From positions 32,293 through 96,292 of the forward strand of contig HF992500.1 of NCBI GenBank assembly GCA_000433455.1: a stretch of 64,000 nucleotides of DNA, given 5' to 3'. A program made the position numbers and the translations under genes. This DNA is from Mycoplasma sp. CAG:877 (GTDB lineage: Bacteria; Bacillota_I; Bacilli_A; RF39; UBA660). Shown in pieces: positions 1-10,104 of this stretch; the stretch's first letter is position 1; each line of letters begins with the position of its first letter. A model generated the notes under the pieces. It saw nothing but the letters and a program-made list of their open reading frames with translations, made no database searches and had not been told where the DNA came from.

Positions 1-454
1 AAATAACCAATCGCAAGAGTTTGACTTGGTACAGGAAACTTGTTAGATAAATCAAAGTCTTCACGCCAACCAGACATGTATTCATTGGTTCCTTCATAAG
101 AAATATAAATCCAGTCATTATATTCAAAAGTTATAGCTCCAAATTGTTTTTCAGTATCAACTATTCTTGAATAATTAGTCATTAATATATCTTTAAAGCG
201 TAAAGTGTTTTTTACATTACCAAAAAGATTATGAGCATACTTATAAACATTTAGTTTGTTCTTTATTTTTTCATTTGTAATAACACTAAAATAAGCTTTA
301 CTAACGTTTTCTATAGTATTAGGTAAAATACTAATTACTTCACTAAAATTTAAGTATGATAGCTCTGCTAGTATTAAAGCATCTACATCATTAAATGGAA
401 CTTCATTAAAATCTTTATCTCCATAATATTTACAATAGTCAATAAAATTTGCCA
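1..454 (-). CDS. Mbeg1-like / DUF2974 family protein (alpha/beta-hydrolase-like), N-terminal part only; ORF runs off the left edge
   Basis: My own minus-strand translation from ATG at 454..452 reads MANFIDYCKYYGDKDFNEVPFNDVDALILAELSYLNF...ISYEGTNEYMSGWREDF and stays open to position 1. It is not in the ORF track because it is truncated. The N-terminal pattern matches what I recall for DUF2974. Confidence 0.55.
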
Positions 455-544
455 TAGTATCACTCCTATTATCATTATAACATTTAGAAAATAAAAAGAT
501 AAAGTCTTTTTACTTTACCTTTACCTTTTTATTACATTTATTTA

Positions 545-1180
545 TTATTTATTGCAAGTTGAAGTACAAATATCTTTTTTACAATCTTGCATCATACATC
601 TTAATTTATTTTTTAATCCTTCTAAATCTTCATTAGCCCAGTAGTCAGCTGGTTTTTCATAACCTTTTGTATCCCAAGCAGTTTCATCATCAAAACCAAC
701 AATTTTACCATCTTTTATTGCTATTACTGCAGGTACATAAAGTCTTTTATTACCTTCTTCATCATTTTGTAAGTAGTCAGATAAAATTTCAGTTATTTTT
801 TTGTAGGCATCTGTATTATTTTTACGTTCTTCTAAAATATTTAAATAGTAGATTTTTTCTACTTCTTTTTCTTTTGCTATTTCATTTAGATATGGAACAT
901 AAGCTGTACACCAAGGACATTCTGGGAAGCCTAAGTAAACAATACCTGTACCCTTTTCTAAAATATTTATGATTTGTTCTGGAGTACGATAAACAAAAAC
1001 ATTGTCTAAAGCCTTTCCATCTTCATCTTTTAAGTTATATTCTTTAGCAAATTTTTCACTGTCTGTTAATTTGTTATCATTATTAGTATCAGCTTTCTTA
1101 CTATTTTTTGGATAGAAACAAAATACTCCTAAAATAACTATAACTACTAAAGCAATTATTAATAAACTATTTTTCTTCAT
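545..1180 (-). CDS. Membrane-anchored thioredoxin-fold protein (CxxC = CPWC)
   Basis: N-terminal signal anchor LLIIALVVIVILGVFCF. Redox motif LGFPECPWCTAYVP. C-terminal Cys cluster CMMQDCKKDICTSTC. Confidence 0.75.
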   Translation of the reverse strand: MKKNSLLIIALVVIVILGVFCFYPKNSKKADTNNDNKLTDSEKFAKEYNLKDEDGKALDNVFVYRTPEQIINILEKGTGIVYLGFPECPWCTAYVPYLNEIAKEKEVEKIYYLNILEERKNNTDAYKKITEILSDYLQNDEEGNKRLYVPAVIAIKDGKIVGFDDETAWDTKGYEKPADYWANEDLEGLKNKLRCMMQDCKKDICTSTCNK

Positions 1181-1252
1181 ATTACTTCTCCTTTTTTATT
1201 TATATTTCAATTGTATTAAGAAAAATAGGTCTTTTCAATAAACTTGAAGTTG

Positions 1253-1279
1253 AAAAAAACTCAACATGAGGTTGAGTTT
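1253..1279 (-). terminator. Rho-independent terminator of the cupin gene
   Basis: Stem aaactcaac / gttgagttt (9 bp), loop atgag, followed on the minus strand by a U-run. Confidence 0.7.
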
Positions 1280-1751
1280 ATGTTTTAGTAATATTTATGG
1301 TTCCTTTTGGATGATTTTGGGGTGCGTATATTGAATACAATTTTAATGGAGTATTTCCAATATTAGTGATGTTATGATAAGTACCAGCTGGTATTAAAAT
1401 AGCATAGTTAGAATTTACTTCTTTTTTAAAAGATAAATCATTTTTTGAAGTTCCTAATTCAACTAGGGCATTTCCTTCTTCTAGTTTTATAAATTGATCT
1501 ATGTTAGGATGAACTTCTAGACCAACACTTTCTTTTTGTGGAATACTCATTAGAGTTAGTTGAAGATTATTACCAGTCCAAAGAGTTGTTCTATAGTTTG
1601 GATTTTCTAAAGTACGTTTTGTTAGATTTATAGTACTAGGTGTTGGACCTAGATCGGTTGGGATAGTATTGCTGCGATAGTTATTTGGGTTATGATAGTT
1701 TGAATTATAATAATTATAGGGATTATTATAATTATTTGAATAATAATTCAT
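1278..1751 (-). CDS. Cupin domain protein with Asn/Tyr-rich low-complexity N-terminus
   Basis: C-terminal half has a cupin-like pattern (GLEVHPNIDQFIKLEEG...IPAGTYHNITNIG). The first ~35 aa are almost only N, Y and P. A terminator follows. Confidence 0.65.
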   Translation of the reverse strand: MNYYSNNYNNPYNYYNSNYHNPNNYRSNTIPTDLGPTPSTINLTKRTLENPNYRTTLWTGNNLQLTLMSIPQKESVGLEVHPNIDQFIKLEEGNALVELGTSKNDLSFKKEVNSNYAILIPAGTYHNITNIGNTPLKLYSIYAPQNHPKGTINITKT

Positions 1752-1799
1752 GATATTTTTCCTTTCATATATAGTTTATGTAAAGAGAAAAAATAGTTT

Positions 1800-1829
1800 A
1801 AAAAAAGTAAGAAATTAATTTTTCTTACT
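1800..1829 (-). terminator. Rho-independent terminator of the macro-domain operon
   Basis: Stem agtaagaaa / tttcttact (9 bp). The stop codon lies in the loop. U-run on the minus strand. Confidence 0.65.
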
Positions 1830-2333
1830 TAGTGCTTTTGAATATAATTCATAGTCTTTTTCGGTAAAACAAGAAAATATAACATCAATGTTTTCAGATA
1901 GATATTCTTTTACTGTACTTATAGCAATCTTCATAGCTTTTTCTTTAGGGTAATGATAGATACCAGTACTTATACAAGGAAAAGCAATTGATACTTTTTC
2001 TAAGTTATTTTCTTTTAGATATTTTTGGGCTAGTAAAAGACTATTTTTGTAACAGGAACTTAATAGGTTCCCCTCATTATTATTGCCACCTAGATAGATG
2101 GGACCTACTGTATGAATTATTTTTTTGGCTTTGCAATTATAACCATTAGTCATTTTTGCTTCACCAGTTTTACAACCGTTTAATTTACGACATTCTTCTA
2201 ATAATTCAGGTCCAGCTTTCTTATGGATTGCTCCATCAACACCAGACCCTCCTAATAGAGATGGTCTGGCAGCATTTACTATTATGTCAACATCTAAATC
2301 TACAATATTTTCTTTAGTTACAATTATGGGCAT
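1815..2333 (-). CDS. Macro domain protein (O-acetyl-ADP-ribose deacetylase / ADP-ribose binding, YmdB-like)
   Basis: Motifs [25 protein letters not shown] and [13 protein letters not shown] are typical macro-domain signatures. Confidence 0.85.
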   Translation of the reverse strand: MPIIVTKENIVDLDVDIIVNAARPSLLGGSGVDGAIHKKAGPELLEECRKLNGCKTGEAKMTNGYNCKAKKIIHTVGPIYLGGNNNEGNLLSSCYKNSLLLAQKYLKENNLEKVSIAFPCISTGIYHYPKEKAMKIAISTVKEYLSENIDVIFSCFTEKDYELYSKALSKKN

Positions 2334-2596
2334 TACTTTTTGTCCTTTTTATTTTCTTGTTTTTTAGTTTTTTCGGCTTTTTTTACTTTTTCAGTTTTTA
2401 CTTTTGGAACACTGATTTTAGCTTCTTTTTCTTCATTTTTCTTTTCAGTAAGAGCTCTTTTTACATATAAGCCACCTAGTAAAACTAGTAGTATTCCAAA
2501 GATAATGTATAGTGGAATATTTCCTTTTAGTCCAGCAAGTAAATAAAATAGACCTGCTAGAAAAAATAAAACTGCACAAATAATACTTCTTTTCAT
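2333..2596 (-). CDS. Small two-TM membrane protein with Lys/Glu-rich tail
   Basis: Two hydrophobic segments followed by the charged tail [22 protein letters not shown]. Tightly coupled to the downstream macro gene (1-nt overlap). Confidence 0.5.
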   Translation of the reverse strand: MKRSIICAVLFFLAGLFYLLAGLKGNIPLYIIFGILLVLLGGLYVKRALTEKKNEEKEAKISVPKVKTEKVKKAEKTKKQENKKDKK

Positions 2597-2693
2597 AAAT
2601 TTCTCCTATCTTTTTATTTACTTTATTATAACATAATAATTAGTTATTGCATACTAAGAAAAATGGTTGTAGTTTTATAAAAAGAAAGTCTAA

Positions 2694-4508
2694 TTAGACT
2701 CTCTTCCACATTATAGTTAAAACGTTTAGAATAGCTAGTAGTGTTACACCTACATCAGCAAAGACAGCCATCCAGATAGTACTTATACCAAATACTCCTA
2801 GTAGTAAGACAATGAATTTTACAATAAGAGCAAAGATAATACTTTCTTTTACTTTACGTTTTGTTAATTTAGAAATATTATGAGCAGTTTTTATTTTAGA
2901 TAAGTCGTCTTTCATAATAACAATATCACTTGCTTCGATAGCAGCATCACTACCAAGGCTACCCATAGATACACCAATATCAGAAGTTTTAATAACTGGG
3001 GCATCATTGATACCATCACCAATAAACATTACTAGTCCTTGTTTTTGATATTCTTTTATTTTTTCTACTTTATCGATTGGTAAAAGATTATTGTAATAAG
3101 TATTTATTTTTACTTCATGAGCTATTTCTTTAGTTATATCTTCATTATCTCCTGATAAAATCATGATATCTTTGAAGTCTTCTTTTAGGGAACTAAGAGC
3201 ATAACTACTCTTTTTTATACGATCTGATATAACAATACAACCAGCGTATTCATTATCAATTGCGACATAGATAACAGTACCAATAGCTTCTTCTTTAGGT
3301 AGTTCTACTTTGTTTTCTTCCATTAGTTTTTTATTACCAACTAATAGTTCTTTATTTTTTATAGTACAAGAGATACCTTTACCAGAGTATTCTTTATGAT
3401 TAGTGGATTTTTCTAATGGTTCTTTACAGTAATTAACTATAGCCTTAGCAATAGGATGAATAGAATTTGCTTCAGCTGATGCGACTAGAGTTATAAATTC
3501 GTTTTCTTTTAGAGTTTTACTTTCGACTTTAGTTACTTCAAAGACACCTTCAGTAATAGTACCAGTTTTATCTAGAGCAAGATAATCGATATCAGCTAGA
3601 GTTTCTAGTTCTCTACTACCCTTTATTAAGATTCCTTCTTTACTAGCTCTACCAATACCAGAGAAGTAACCTAGTGGTACTGAGATAACTAAGGCACAAG
3701 GACATGACGTTACTAAAAACACTAGTGCTCTATAAACCCATGTTTTAAAATCTCCTACTATTAGAGATGGAACTATAGCAATTATTAAAGCTGATATAAC
3801 TACTACTGGAGTATATATTTTGGAAAATTTACGTATAAAGGTTTCTGTATTAGTTTTTTTGTTGTTGGAGTTTTCAATTAAATCAATTATTTTGCTAGCA
3901 GTAGATGTTTTATAAGTAGAAGTTGCTTTTACTTTTAGTATTGAATCTTTATTAATTGATCCTGAGATAACTTGATCATTAACAGTTGCTTTTCTAGGCG
4001 TTGATTCTCCTGTTAGAGAAGATGTATCTAAGTAACTTGTTCCTTCAATAACAATTCCATCTAGTGGAACTTTTTCTCCTGGTAAGACAACAAATATGTC
4101 ATCAACTTTAGCTTTTTTAATAGATACTTTTTCTATTTCACCATCTTTAAATAAATTAATAGTTTCACTACGTAGGTCCATTAATTTAGTAATAGACTTT
4201 TTACTACTAGCAACAGCAGCATCTGATAAATATTCACCAGTTTCAAATAAGAGCATAACCATGACAGCTTCCATATAACTACCAATAGCGAAAGCTCCTA
4301 GAGTTGCTAGTATCATAAGAAAGTTTTCATTAAAAATATCTTTTTCCTTTAATCCTTCAAAAGCTTCCATATATATTTCATAACTTATAATTATATAACT
4401 TATTACTAATATTATTTCTTTTATAGGACTTGGTAGAAAAATAGAAATTATAAATAGTATGATACTTATTATTATTCTTATTAAGTCTTCATTTAAAATT
4501 TTTTTCAT
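2694..4508 (-). CDS. cadA: Heavy-metal (Cd/Zn/Co-type) translocating P1B-type ATPase, lacking an N-terminal HMA domain
   Basis: CPC metal site VTSCPCALVISVP, phosphorylation motif LDKTGTITEG and hinge FIGDGINDAP. TAATG overlap with the upstream ArsR-family gene. Confidence 0.9.
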   Translation of the reverse strand: MKKILNEDLIRIIISIILFIISIFLPSPIKEIILVISYIIISYEIYMEAFEGLKEKDIFNENFLMILATLGAFAIGSYMEAVMVMLLFETGEYLSDAAVASSKKSITKLMDLRSETINLFKDGEIEKVSIKKAKVDDIFVVLPGEKVPLDGIVIEGTSYLDTSSLTGESTPRKATVNDQVISGSINKDSILKVKATSTYKTSTASKIIDLIENSNNKKTNTETFIRKFSKIYTPVVVISALIIAIVPSLIVGDFKTWVYRALVFLVTSCPCALVISVPLGYFSGIGRASKEGILIKGSRELETLADIDYLALDKTGTITEGVFEVTKVESKTLKENEFITLVASAEANSIHPIAKAIVNYCKEPLEKSTNHKEYSGKGISCTIKNKELLVGNKKLMEENKVELPKEEAIGTVIYVAIDNEYAGCIVISDRIKKSSYALSSLKEDFKDIMILSGDNEDITKEIAHEVKINTYYNNLLPIDKVEKIKEYQKQGLVMFIGDGINDAPVIKTSDIGVSMGSLGSDAAIEASDIVIMKDDLSKIKTAHNISKLTKRKVKESIIFALIVKFIVLLLGVFGISTIWMAVFADVGVTLLAILNVLTIMWKRV

Positions 4509-4804
4509 TACATTACCTCCGATATATGCTCCAAGCCATATTTTAAAATTATTTTTATATGTTCATCACTTATACTATAATATACATTCTTCCCTATTTT
4601 GTCAGTTTTTACTAAATTAGATGTACGTAAGTTTTTTAATTGATGTGAAATTGCTGATTGAGTCATGTCAAGTAGTTCACTTATTTCATTTACACATAAG
4701 GGTTTATTTAAGAGTGCATCTAAAATTCTTAACCTAGTTTGGTCACCAAATATCTTATAGAACTCGCTAAGACCATATAAAAGTTCTTTACTATGTAGTT
4801 TCAT
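4508..4804 (-). CDS. ArsR/SmtB family metalloregulator (CadC-like)
   Basis: 98 aa with winged-HTH pattern FKIFGDQTRLRILDALLNKPLCVNEISELLDMTQSAISHQLKNLR. Sits directly upstream of the P1B ATPase. Confidence 0.85.
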   Translation of the reverse strand: MKLHSKELLYGLSEFYKIFGDQTRLRILDALLNKPLCVNEISELLDMTQSAISHQLKNLRTSNLVKTDKIGKNVYYSISDEHIKIILKYGLEHISEVM

Positions 4805-4871
4805 AATTCACCTCTATATATGATTACTTGTTCATACATTCATAATAATATATGTATATGTTTAAGTCAAG

Positions 4872-4898
4872 AAAAAAAGTATCATAATGGATACTTTA
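4872..4898 (-). terminator. Terminator downstream of the LPXTG remnant, upstream of the ArsR/ATPase pair
   Basis: Stem aaagtatc / gatacttt, loop ataatg, U-run on the minus strand. Confidence 0.6.
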
Positions 4899-4913
4899 CG
4901 TATAGTTAGTCTT

Positions 4914-5198
4914 TTATTTGCAGTTATGTTTTTTATTATATGTTACAAAAGCTATTGTAGATATTGTTATTAGTAATAGACCTATTCCGATATGAATAAT
5001 AATTCCAGAGCCTCCTGTTAAAGGTAGACTTCCTGCTTCTGGCACTTCTATTTCTACTTTGTAATAACCATCTGTTGTGCTTGCTACTGAGCCCGATATC
5101 TTTACTTTCATTGATGTTGTTGGGGCAAGACTATATCCTGATTTTGCTTTGGTATTTTTATCTATATTGATTATACTAATTTTTTTTGGTTTCTTCAA
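4914..5198 (-). pseudogene. Orphan C-terminal fragment of an LPXTG cell-wall-anchored protein (no signal peptide, no SD, TTG start)
   Basis: Ends in a complete sorting signal: LPLTGG, then hydrophobic IIIHIGIGLLLITISTIAFV, then the basic tail NKKHNCK. The frame is closed by TAA only two codons upstream of the TTG, and no RBS is visible. Confidence 0.5.
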
Positions 5199-5233
5199 TA
5201 TTTTTTATTGGACATTTTACGTAAATATGAATA

Positions 5234-5827
5234 TTAAAGTAAAATTATCATTCTAATTAGTTGGATAATAGTTGATAGAATAAAAACTTTTGATATAAAC
5301 ATTATATTATTTAAGTATTTAGTTATGTATTTGTTATCATCTTTTACTAAGTCTATAGCTTTAGTATTTAGATTAGATAGGATATTTTGATATATTAAAA
5401 TTATTATGAATATAATAATACCAATTTTCGCATCCATACTTGTTTTTATTACTAAAGTTATAACAAGTGAAATTATAGGAGTAAAACTTAAATAGTAAAA
5501 ATATGGTATTACTTTACTTAGATATTCAAGAGATGATTCTTTTAATTTAGAATAACCTGATAATAAATAAGCGATGCTTAGAGAAAAATATGATTTAGAA
5601 GAATAAGTTTTTTCTTTTAATTTTATTATTTTTCTTTTTAATTGATACTTGTTTAAAGGATTATCTTTACTTTCTACAAGACGAAGACCATTATCATCTT
5701 TAGTTAATCTTATTACGGCTTCAGAAGCTGTTTCTTGACCATTTTTGCTAGTTAGAGATGAGATAAATATCAAGATATAACATAAGAGTGTTAGAACGAT
5801 GCTTATGATTAATAAAATAGTAGACAT
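5234..5827 (-). CDS. Hypothetical polytopic membrane protein
   Basis: Several hydrophobic segments. I prefer the ATG at 5827 (MSTILLI...), preceded by GGAGAAAG, over the track start at 5845. Confidence 0.5.
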   Translation of the reverse strand: MSTILLIISIVLTLLCYILIFISSLTSKNGQETASEAVIRLTKDDNGLRLVESKDNPLNKYQLKRKIIKLKEKTYSSKSYFSLSIAYLLSGYSKLKESSLEYLSKVIPYFYYLSFTPIISLVITLVIKTSMDAKIGIIIFIIILIYQNILSNLNTKAIDLVKDDNKYITKYLNNIMFISKVFILSTIIQLIRMIILL

Positions 5828-5828
5828 A

Positions 5829-8339
5829 TTACTTTCTCCTTTCAATGATTAATAAAGATATAAAACTAATTAGACCTAGGAAACTTAGGATTAGTCCTTC
5901 TTTTTGTAATGGGGACTTATATACTATTTTTATATTATGATTACCTTTAGGTAATTTAAATCCTAAGAAAGATTTATTTACAATTTGCTTGTCCACTACT
6001 TTATTATCAACAAATACTTTGAAGCCTTCATCATATGGAATACTTGTAACAAAGTAACCAGATTCTTTCATATCTATAGTTCCTTCTATGTTATCTCCTA
6101 AACTTTTATCTTTGTTTGCTACAAAAGTACTTTGTTTATCTATTACTTTAGAGATATCTTTGTAATTTAGTTTGTATGTTTCAATACTACCTATTTTATA
6201 AGTTCCTTTATTGAATTTTAGAACTAGACTATTTAGATCATTATTACTTGATATAACATAATGGAAGATATTGTTGTTGTTTTTATAAGTCCATGTTTTA
6301 CAAGTTCTTACGTTACTAATATTGTTGATAGTTATACGAAGATCTCCTTCTTTACAACTTTGTTCATTTAGAAGTTCAATATTTAAAATTAAGATATCAT
6401 CTTTTAGAGGAGAAGATAAATCTAAGATTAATTTACCATTTTCTTTACTTTTAATTAAAAGATAATCTTTCTTTTGTTTTATAGTTAGATTTTCTTGTTT
6501 AGAGATAGTTGCTTCTAAATTGATCTTTTTAGTTATTTTAGACTTAGTATAATTTGTTTTATCTTTGGTTACTACTCCAGATAAAAGTTTTTCAATATTT
6601 TCTGGATATGATAATTTATCAAACTCTTCTTCATTAGTTATTTTATTAGTACCATAAAATAGTGGTAAGACATTATCATTTTTATAGAAGTTTTTAGTTA
6701 TTTTTTCATAGCCTACAGGAGCATTGTCTTCAGAATAGATGTACTTGATACCCATAAATACTTGAAATAAAATATCATTATTTTGAGCAAGCATTAAGTT
6801 ATTTCTATAAGATAGAGCATTTTTAAAAGTATTTTTATAAAACTCTGTATAAAGAGGATTTGATACTGATGAATATACTGAGTTTTGATTATAACCTATT
6901 TCATATATTTCATTTATATTTTGAAGAGTGTTGTTTAAATTATTAAAACGAACTATGTCTTTTTCTTGTGATAGAATCTTTTTTATATTGGTTGTTAGTT
7001 CAGTATTTTGATTTTGAATAGGAACATAAGTATCGTTGTAATTTGAAATGTTGAAGGTAATAATCGGTACTAGTATTAGTAAGAATATAGTTAGTTTTTC
7101 CTTTATTTTTGAAGTGTTATATAAGTAGATTGTGATGTTAAATAAAAGTAAGTCTAAGTAAATTGCTGGATTATCATATCTTGTGATTATAGATAATATG
7201 ACTAGTATTATAGATATGATTAAAATATTCTTTTGAGGTATTTTTTTAGATAATAATGCCTCAATAAATTGATATAGTAAAAGACATACTATTGGGATAA
7301 AGGGAATAAATACTTTATTTCTAAAATATAAGTTACCATTTAAAAGATAGACAACTATAGGTATATTTAGTAATACTATTAAAGTAATACTTAGAAATAA
7401 GTTATGTTTCTTTTTGGATAATAGTCCTAGTATAACTGAGATGACACTTATAATAGTTAGTCCCATTGTATAGTTACTATATAAGTAGGCATCAACGTTA
7501 AATTTAGGAATTAATCTTGATAAAAAATAGATGTTTGTTGTGGTGGGAAGTTTTGTAGTACGTCCAGTTTTTAAAGTATAGAAAGTTGGTAAAAGTAAGA
7601 CTGAAGCTGATACTATAGCAATTATGATTGGAATTAAAAATAGAGATCCTTTCTTTAGGAAGTCTTTTAGATTGACTGTAGGATTTAATTCTAAGTAGCG
7701 GTATACTGCATAGATACAAATTACTATAATACTTGGTATTGAATAATAGTAACTAATCATAATTATCATAAAAATAGAAAAAGCTACTAGAGACATCTTT
7801 CCTTTTTCTAAATATTTATCTACTCCAATTAGGGCTAAAAATAAAAATGGTAAATAGTTTACAAACATAAAGTGTTTATGTAAGTGAAATAATATTGGAG
7901 CAGAAAAAATAATAAACATAGTTGTTAGAAAAGCTACTTTTTTAGTAGTTTTTGTTTTAAAAAAATAATATGATATTAAACCAGCACTTATAAAAATAAT
8001 ACCATTTAGAGTTATTATATAATCTTTCATACTTACGAATGGTAATAAGTAAGATATTAAAAGTAAGGGGTTTAAAAGACCATAATAAGAAAAGTTATAA
8101 ATATTTTGACCGGCTCCGATAGAGAGAGCAAAACTTGGAAATAAGTTTAGAGTTTTATAAAAGAGTTTTCTAAAGTAGTCTGGAAATATTATATGTTGAG
8201 TAGACCAATCGATACTACTTCCAAAAATAGAATTATCTGGTATTACTAGGAAAATTAAAAGTATAGAGAGAATAGTTATTATAAGATAGTTATAATCAAA
8301 ATCTTTATTTTTTCTTTTATTCACTTTTAGTCTTAACAC
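5829..8339 (-). CDS. yfhO: YfhO family GT-C membrane glycosyltransferase (teichoic-acid / glycopolymer glycosylation type)
   Basis: About 13 TM segments followed by a ~330-aa soluble C-terminal domain. N-terminal SSIDWSTQHIIFPDYFRKLFY resembles the YfhO signature. Confidence 0.8.
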   Translation of the reverse strand: MLRLKVNKRKNKDFDYNYLIITILSILLIFLVIPDNSIFGSSIDWSTQHIIFPDYFRKLFYKTLNLFPSFALSIGAGQNIYNFSYYGLLNPLLLISYLLPFVSMKDYIITLNGIIFISAGLISYYFFKTKTTKKVAFLTTMFIIFSAPILFHLHKHFMFVNYLPFLFLALIGVDKYLEKGKMSLVAFSIFMIIMISYYYSIPSIIVICIYAVYRYLELNPTVNLKDFLKKGSLFLIPIIIAIVSASVLLLPTFYTLKTGRTTKLPTTTNIYFLSRLIPKFNVDAYLYSNYTMGLTIISVISVILGLLSKKKHNLFLSITLIVLLNIPIVVYLLNGNLYFRNKVFIPFIPIVCLLLYQFIEALLSKKIPQKNILIISIILVILSIITRYDNPAIYLDLLLFNITIYLYNTSKIKEKLTIFLLILVPIITFNISNYNDTYVPIQNQNTELTTNIKKILSQEKDIVRFNNLNNTLQNINEIYEIGYNQNSVYSSVSNPLYTEFYKNTFKNALSYRNNLMLAQNNDILFQVFMGIKYIYSEDNAPVGYEKITKNFYKNDNVLPLFYGTNKITNEEEFDKLSYPENIEKLLSGVVTKDKTNYTKSKITKKINLEATISKQENLTIKQKKDYLLIKSKENGKLILDLSSPLKDDILILNIELLNEQSCKEGDLRITINNISNVRTCKTWTYKNNNNIFHYVISSNNDLNSLVLKFNKGTYKIGSIETYKLNYKDISKVIDKQSTFVANKDKSLGDNIEGTIDMKESGYFVTSIPYDEGFKVFVDNKVVDKQIVNKSFLGFKLPKGNHNIKIVYKSPLQKEGLILSFLGLISFISLLIIERRK

Positions 8340-8571
8340 TTTCTAAAGCTTTAGAAAATTGATCAGCACATGATGTGTTTCTAAAACCACATTTTATTCC
8401 AGATAATTTTTTTATAACATCCTCTACTTTTTCTCCTTCTACTAGTTTGCTTACGGCTTTTAAGTTACCGTTGCAACCACCAGTGAAGGTTACATTATAG
8501 ATGTGATCGTTTTCAATATCAAAATCTATATTAGTAGAACATGTACCTTTTGTTTTATAACTGTATTTCAT
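8317..8571 (-). CDS. TIGR03905-type small 4-Cys (TSCPD-like) protein
   Basis: 84 aa with CSTNIDFDIENDHIYNVTFTGGCNGNLKAVSKL...GIKCGFRNTSCADQ, matching the conserved Cys spacing I recall for this family. Confidence 0.7.
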   Translation of the reverse strand: MKYSYKTKGTCSTNIDFDIENDHIYNVTFTGGCNGNLKAVSKLVEGEKVEDVIKKLSGIKCGFRNTSCADQFSKALESVKTKSE

Positions 8572-8584
8572 ATTAACACTCCTC

Positions 8585-9280
8585 TTATTCTGTTTTTGGT
8601 TTAGTATATTTTTTTAAGACATCATCAATTATATCATCAACATCATCTACTATTTTGTCTTTATCAAAAATAGTAAATACAAATAGTCCTAGTAGGACAA
8701 AAATTAGTAATAGTATTATAAATAATGGAACAGAGAAAGTATCAGTTCTAGCAATTGTTGTATCTAGATAACTATTTGTTAAGTAGTTGTCAAAGTTTTC
8801 TTCATTTATAACTATTTCATTTTCAGCTGGCATAAAGTTAGGAAGGTTTTTGATTGCTAGAGCTTTTAACTCTGTGTTTATTACGACTGGGTACCCATAC
8901 ACTTTGATAGGAGTTGGTTCTTTTGTTGTTCTTTCATAAGTATAGTCAATTATGTCTTTAAACTTAGAATAGTCACTATCATTTATAGATATTAAGTATG
9001 TATGCCAAGCTCCAGTATCTTCTTTTTCAATTACAAAGTGAATTGATTTTTTATTTGTGGAATAGTAAGCAAACTTTTCAGACATTCTTGATACTTCAAT
9101 GTATGAATATTCATCAGCTTTAGTTATTTTTTCCCAAGGCTTTATCTCTTCTTTTTCTTGGAATATTTTATAGGCACATACTGATAAGACTGTCATGGCA
9201 ATTAGGTAGACTAAACATAAAAACAGTTTTATGAATATTCTTTTTTCACTCTTTTTCTTTTTGTTCTTTTTTTTACTCAT
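8585..9280 (-). CDS. Hypothetical bitopic membrane protein (N- and C-terminal TM segments)
   Basis: Lys-rich N-terminus, a TM segment, a ~150-aa soluble region, a second TM segment and an acidic tail. No recognisable motif. Confidence 0.5.
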   Translation of the reverse strand: MSKKKNKKKKSEKRIFIKLFLCLVYLIAMTVLSVCAYKIFQEKEEIKPWEKITKADEYSYIEVSRMSEKFAYYSTNKKSIHFVIEKEDTGAWHTYLISINDSDYSKFKDIIDYTYERTTKEPTPIKVYGYPVVINTELKALAIKNLPNFMPAENEIVINEENFDNYLTNSYLDTTIARTDTFSVPLFIILLLIFVLLGLFVFTIFDKDKIVDDVDDIIDDVLKKYTKPKTE

Positions 9281-9301
9281 TTAACTACACCTCGATATGT
9301 A

Positions 9302-10096
9302 TTAACTCTTCTGTTCTTTCTTTTTAGGACTTAGGATAAACTTTTCAGCTAACTTGTATTGGTCTCTATTTTTGATATATAGATATCCTATTATTGAAAA
9401 TACGATTGCTCCTACAAAATTTACAAATAGGTCTTTCATAGTATCTATTAGTCCAATATCTAAATAACCATTTTCTATTACTGTTTCTCTGGTATTATTA
9501 TCACTATAGACAATTGTTTTGTTTATATTGTCAACTACTATGGGGATATTGGCACCTGATTGGTTTAGGGTTACTGATGAGACTTTTGTTACGATACGAT
9601 CTTTTTGCATATCTTTATTTAGAACTCTATCAATTGAGAACTCAGAAAATTCCCAAAGTATACCAATTGTCATAGAAAAACAAATTGATACTAGGGCTAC
9701 AAATGATGCTGACATATCCATGTGAACATATTTATTTCTATTTAAAATATCAATTAGAGAAAAACCAATAGCAGCACAGATAAAACCATTTATAGTATGA
9801 AGCATACTATCCCACTCTTTAATAAGTCCATAGAAATTAGAAATCTCACCTAATATTTCAGAGGCAAAGATAAACATATAAACTATTATTTCTAGAGTTG
9901 ATGGTAATTCAATATTAAATTTTTCAGATATTAGACCAGGTAATGTAAATAATACTAAAGTTAGAACACACAGTAAAACGTTTTCCCAGTTACCTTTCAT
10001 ACCTTGAGCAACCATACAAACAATTACTAAAAATCTTAATAATAGATAAGTTATAAGAGTTTGTTTTGGTTTATTAATTTTCTTTTTTAACTTCAT
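9302..10096 (-). CDS. Hypothetical polytopic membrane protein (possibly DUF2238/YjdF-like)
   Basis: Five to six hydrophobic helices with a ~60-aa soluble insert. The family assignment is only a weak recollection. Confidence 0.5.
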   Translation of the reverse strand: MKLKKKINKPKQTLITYLLLRFLVIVCMVAQGMKGNWENVLLCVLTLVLFTLPGLISEKFNIELPSTLEIIVYMFIFASEILGEISNFYGLIKEWDSMLHTINGFICAAIGFSLIDILNRNKYVHMDMSASFVALVSICFSMTIGILWEFSEFSIDRVLNKDMQKDRIVTKVSSVTLNQSGANIPIVVDNINKTIVYSDNNTRETVIENGYLDIGLIDTMKDLFVNFVGAIVFSIIGYLYIKNRDQYKLAEKFILSPKKKEQKS

Positions 10097-10104
10097 ATTA
10101 CTTC

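Noticed and set aside
4805-4913. CadC/ArsR-type 12-2-12 operator upstream of the ArsR-family gene
   Set aside because: I found only short repeated ATATATG motifs and no clear inverted repeat of the expected geometry. I cannot support a specific site.
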